From: an uncultured Candidatus Saccharibacteria bacterium
Lineage (GTDB): Bacteria; Patescibacteriota; WWE3; UBA101185; UBA10185
DNA length: 43,400 bases
Direction of reading: 5' to 3'
NCBI GenBank assembly: GCA_964638225.1
Contig: CAZWYL010000001.1
Span: forward strand, 29,342 to 72,741
Positions 41,808-43,400 of the stretch are shown here, piece by piece. The notes under the pieces were generated by a model. That model was not told the DNA's origin and searched no databases. It worked only from the letters and a program-made list of their open reading frames with translations. Each line of letters opens with the position of its first letter. The stretch's first letter is position 1. The translations under genes and the position numbers were made by a program.

Positions 41808-42489
41808 CTTTTTCGGGCTCCTCTATTTTGTAACCAAAACCTCGTATAGTCTTTATCAACTTAGGGCTTTTCGGGAATGGTTTTTCTAATTTATTTCTTA
41901 AATATCCGATATATACCTCTACTGTATTTGGCAAAACATCAGCATCATAATCCCAAACATGTTCAATTATTTTTTGCTTTGACAAAACTTTGTTTTTATT
42001 TCTTACTAGGTATTCCAAAAGAGAGAACTCCTTGCGGGAGAGAGAAATCTTCTGCCCCTGCCTCATAACCTCTTGGCCATTTATATCTATGGATAAATCT
42101 CCACAAGATAATTCGCTAGAAATTTCCTTAGGGGGGCGTCGCAACAAAGCCCTAATTCTTGCTAAAAGCTCCTCAAAAGCGAAGGGTTTTGTTAAATAAT
42201 CATCGGCTCCATTATTTAAACCCTTAACTTTATCCTCAATATTATCCCGTGCAGTTAACATAAGAATAGGAACTTTAACATCTCTTTCTCTAAGCTGGCG
42301 GCATAATTCCATGCCATCTATACTGGGAAGCATAAGATCTAGAATAATCAGGTCATAAGATTCAGTAGAAGCAAAATCATAACCCTCAACCCCATCACCG
42401 GCTTTATCAACAGCAAAACCCTCTTGTTCTAATCCTTTTTTCAATGAGTCAGCTATTTTAGGCTCATCTTCAACTACTAATAATCTCAT
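41800..42489 (-). CDS. OmpR-family response regulator
   Basis: MRLLVVEDEP...DLIILDLMLP (receiver domain) plus a winged-helix C-terminus TIRGFGYKI. I prefer the ATG at 42489. An 8-nt overlap with the HK gene. Confidence 0.9.
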   Translation of the reverse strand: MRLLVVEDEPKIADSLKKGLEQEGFAVDKAGDGVEGYDFASTESYDLIILDLMLPSIDGMELCRQLRERDVKVPILMLTARDNIEDKVKGLNNGADDYLTKPFAFEELLARIRALLRRPPKEISSELSCGDLSIDINGQEVMRQGQKISLSRKEFSLLEYLVRNKNKVLSKQKIIEHVWDYDADVLPNTVEVYIGYLRNKLEKPFPKSPKLIKTIRGFGYKIEEPEKDV

Positions 42490-42496
42490 CCGCTTA

Positions 42497-42502
42497 ATTA
42501 TA
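42497..42502 (-). promoter_or_regulatory. -10 box TATAAT 7 nt upstream of the response-regulator ATG (leaderless arrangement)
   Basis: The reverse complement reads TATAAT-taagcgg-ATG. Confidence 0.45.
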
Positions 42503-42624
42503 AAGCCTTTCCTGAGAATTAGCTGAAAGAAGTTCTGAACAAGCCGAAAGGGCAATTTAGGGAAACAACTTAATCCTTAAAGTACATCAAAATTGTTTTA
42601 CCTCATTAAAGATTCTACAAAAAT

Positions 42625-42969
42625 CTAAAACTCAAAATCAATTTTATGTCCAGAACAAAAATGATTATGTTCTGAAGTAATATTTCGAAATACTCTCGAG
42701 ATTCCTGGGTATTTCAAATATATGCCGCCTAAAAAATAAGAATCTTTAACGCTACTCAAGCAATTCTCCAACTCGAGTAAATCTTCCCGACTTTCTGCAC
42801 AAATAAGATTTCTGCTGGGTTTATTCTCAAAAGTTTCTAAATCCCACTCAAATATCCTTTCGTTCACCTCCTCGATACACCTAGTATAACCCTCTACTGA
42901 GGGCCTAAAAGAGATGAAATACAGAATGACCGGAGGAATAAAGATAAGCAATACTAAATACTTTTTCAT
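42625..42969 (-). CDS. Hypothetical small exported protein with four Cys
   Basis: 114-aa ORF with an N-terminal signal/anchor MKKYLVLLIFIPPVILYFISF. Confidence 0.5.
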   Translation of the reverse strand: MKKYLVLLIFIPPVILYFISFRPSVEGYTRCIEEVNERIFEWDLETFENKPSRNLICAESREDLLELENCLSSVKDSYFLGGIYLKYPGISRVFRNITSEHNHFCSGHKIDFEF

Positions 42970-43149
42970 AAATTAATTGTAACAAGTAAATGCTTTAAGC
43001 AACACTAATTATGTTAACTATAAATAGACTTCTTTCATTAGCATCTTCTTCCAAAAACATTAAAAAATGTCAGCGAACAAAAACTACTAACGGCTCTACT
43101 AACCTTGAACCTTTTACCCAACTATCAACTCAGGGTATAATGACTGAGT

Positions 43150-43400
43150 ATGAACTGGATTAACTTTTTACATTTTTATCAACCTGCCAACCAACAAAAG
43201 GATATTCTGGAAGCAGTTGTAAAACAAAGCTACTTACCAATCTTCCAAAAAATCAATGAGCTGGAAGATATCAATCTAACTATCAACATATCAGGTGCGC
43301 TTTTTGAACTTTTTGAACGTGATGGATATGACGATTTACTCAATTTAATTAAAAAATCCGTAAAAGAAGAAAAAATAGAGCTGACGGGATCCTGTAAATA
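43150..43400 (+). CDS. Glycoside hydrolase family 57-like protein, N-terminal fragment (continues off the window)
   Basis: Hand translation gives MNWINFLHFYQPANQQKDILEAVVKQSYLPIFQKI...LTINISGALFELFE. This resembles the GH57 N-terminal H-x-H/Y-Q-P ... isG.lle pattern. Confidence 0.45.
   Translation, partial: MNWINFLHFYQPANQQKDILEAVVKQSYLPIFQKINELEDINLTINISGALFELFERDGYDDLLNLIKKSVKEEKIELTGSCK

Noticed and set aside
1-43400. CRISPR arrays, tandem repeats, IS elements, retron/DGR-type reverse transcriptases
   Set aside because: Scanning the non-coding gaps (all 250 bp or shorter) showed no repeat-spacer periodicity. No ORF has transposase, integrase, Cas or RT motifs.

Overview
AT-rich, very gene-dense chromosomal segment with about 45 protein genes, tRNA-Pro(GGG) and an RNase P RNA. 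I saw no transposase, integrase, CRISPR array or long repeat. The style fits a reduced-genome Patescibacteria/CPR-type bacterium, though this is inference: minimal IF-2, TRAM-less MiaB, a protease-less Lon module, many polytopic membrane ORFans, charged low-complexity tails and abutting or overlapping genes. Positions 1-13.2 kb are mixed-strand: a SurA-like chaperone, truB, an NpmA/KamB-like 16S rRNA m1A1408 methyltransferase, a CDF transporter, an envelope cluster of GT-C-like membrane proteins, an FNR-like flavoprotein and a 653-aa membrane ORFan. Positions 13.2-43.0 kb form an almost unbroken minus-strand array. Its order is RR-HK | nusA-infB-(dead DHH)-rpsO-pnp-(Lon AAA+ only)-udg-rnj | ftsK-rodZ-DUF948-YtxH-(acidic 131 aa)-(VirD4/TraD-like membrane ATPase)-(acidic 720 aa) | (FtsA/PilM-like)-(516-aa bitopic protein)-ruvX | HAD | miaB-miaA-AI-2E permease | mltG. 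The best candidate for an undescribed system is the orphan membrane-anchored coupling-protein-like ATPase at 24460-26871. It sits between two extremely acidic ORFans (22284-27247), next to an actin-fold/bitopic-membrane pair and to ftsK, with no other T4SS or relaxase genes in the window. A second window-wide signal is a -10 hexamer (often TGnTAyAAT) placed 6-7 nt upstream of the start codon of ten operon-first genes, which implies pervasive leaderless mRNAs. All homology calls come from motif recognition by eye, not database searches.
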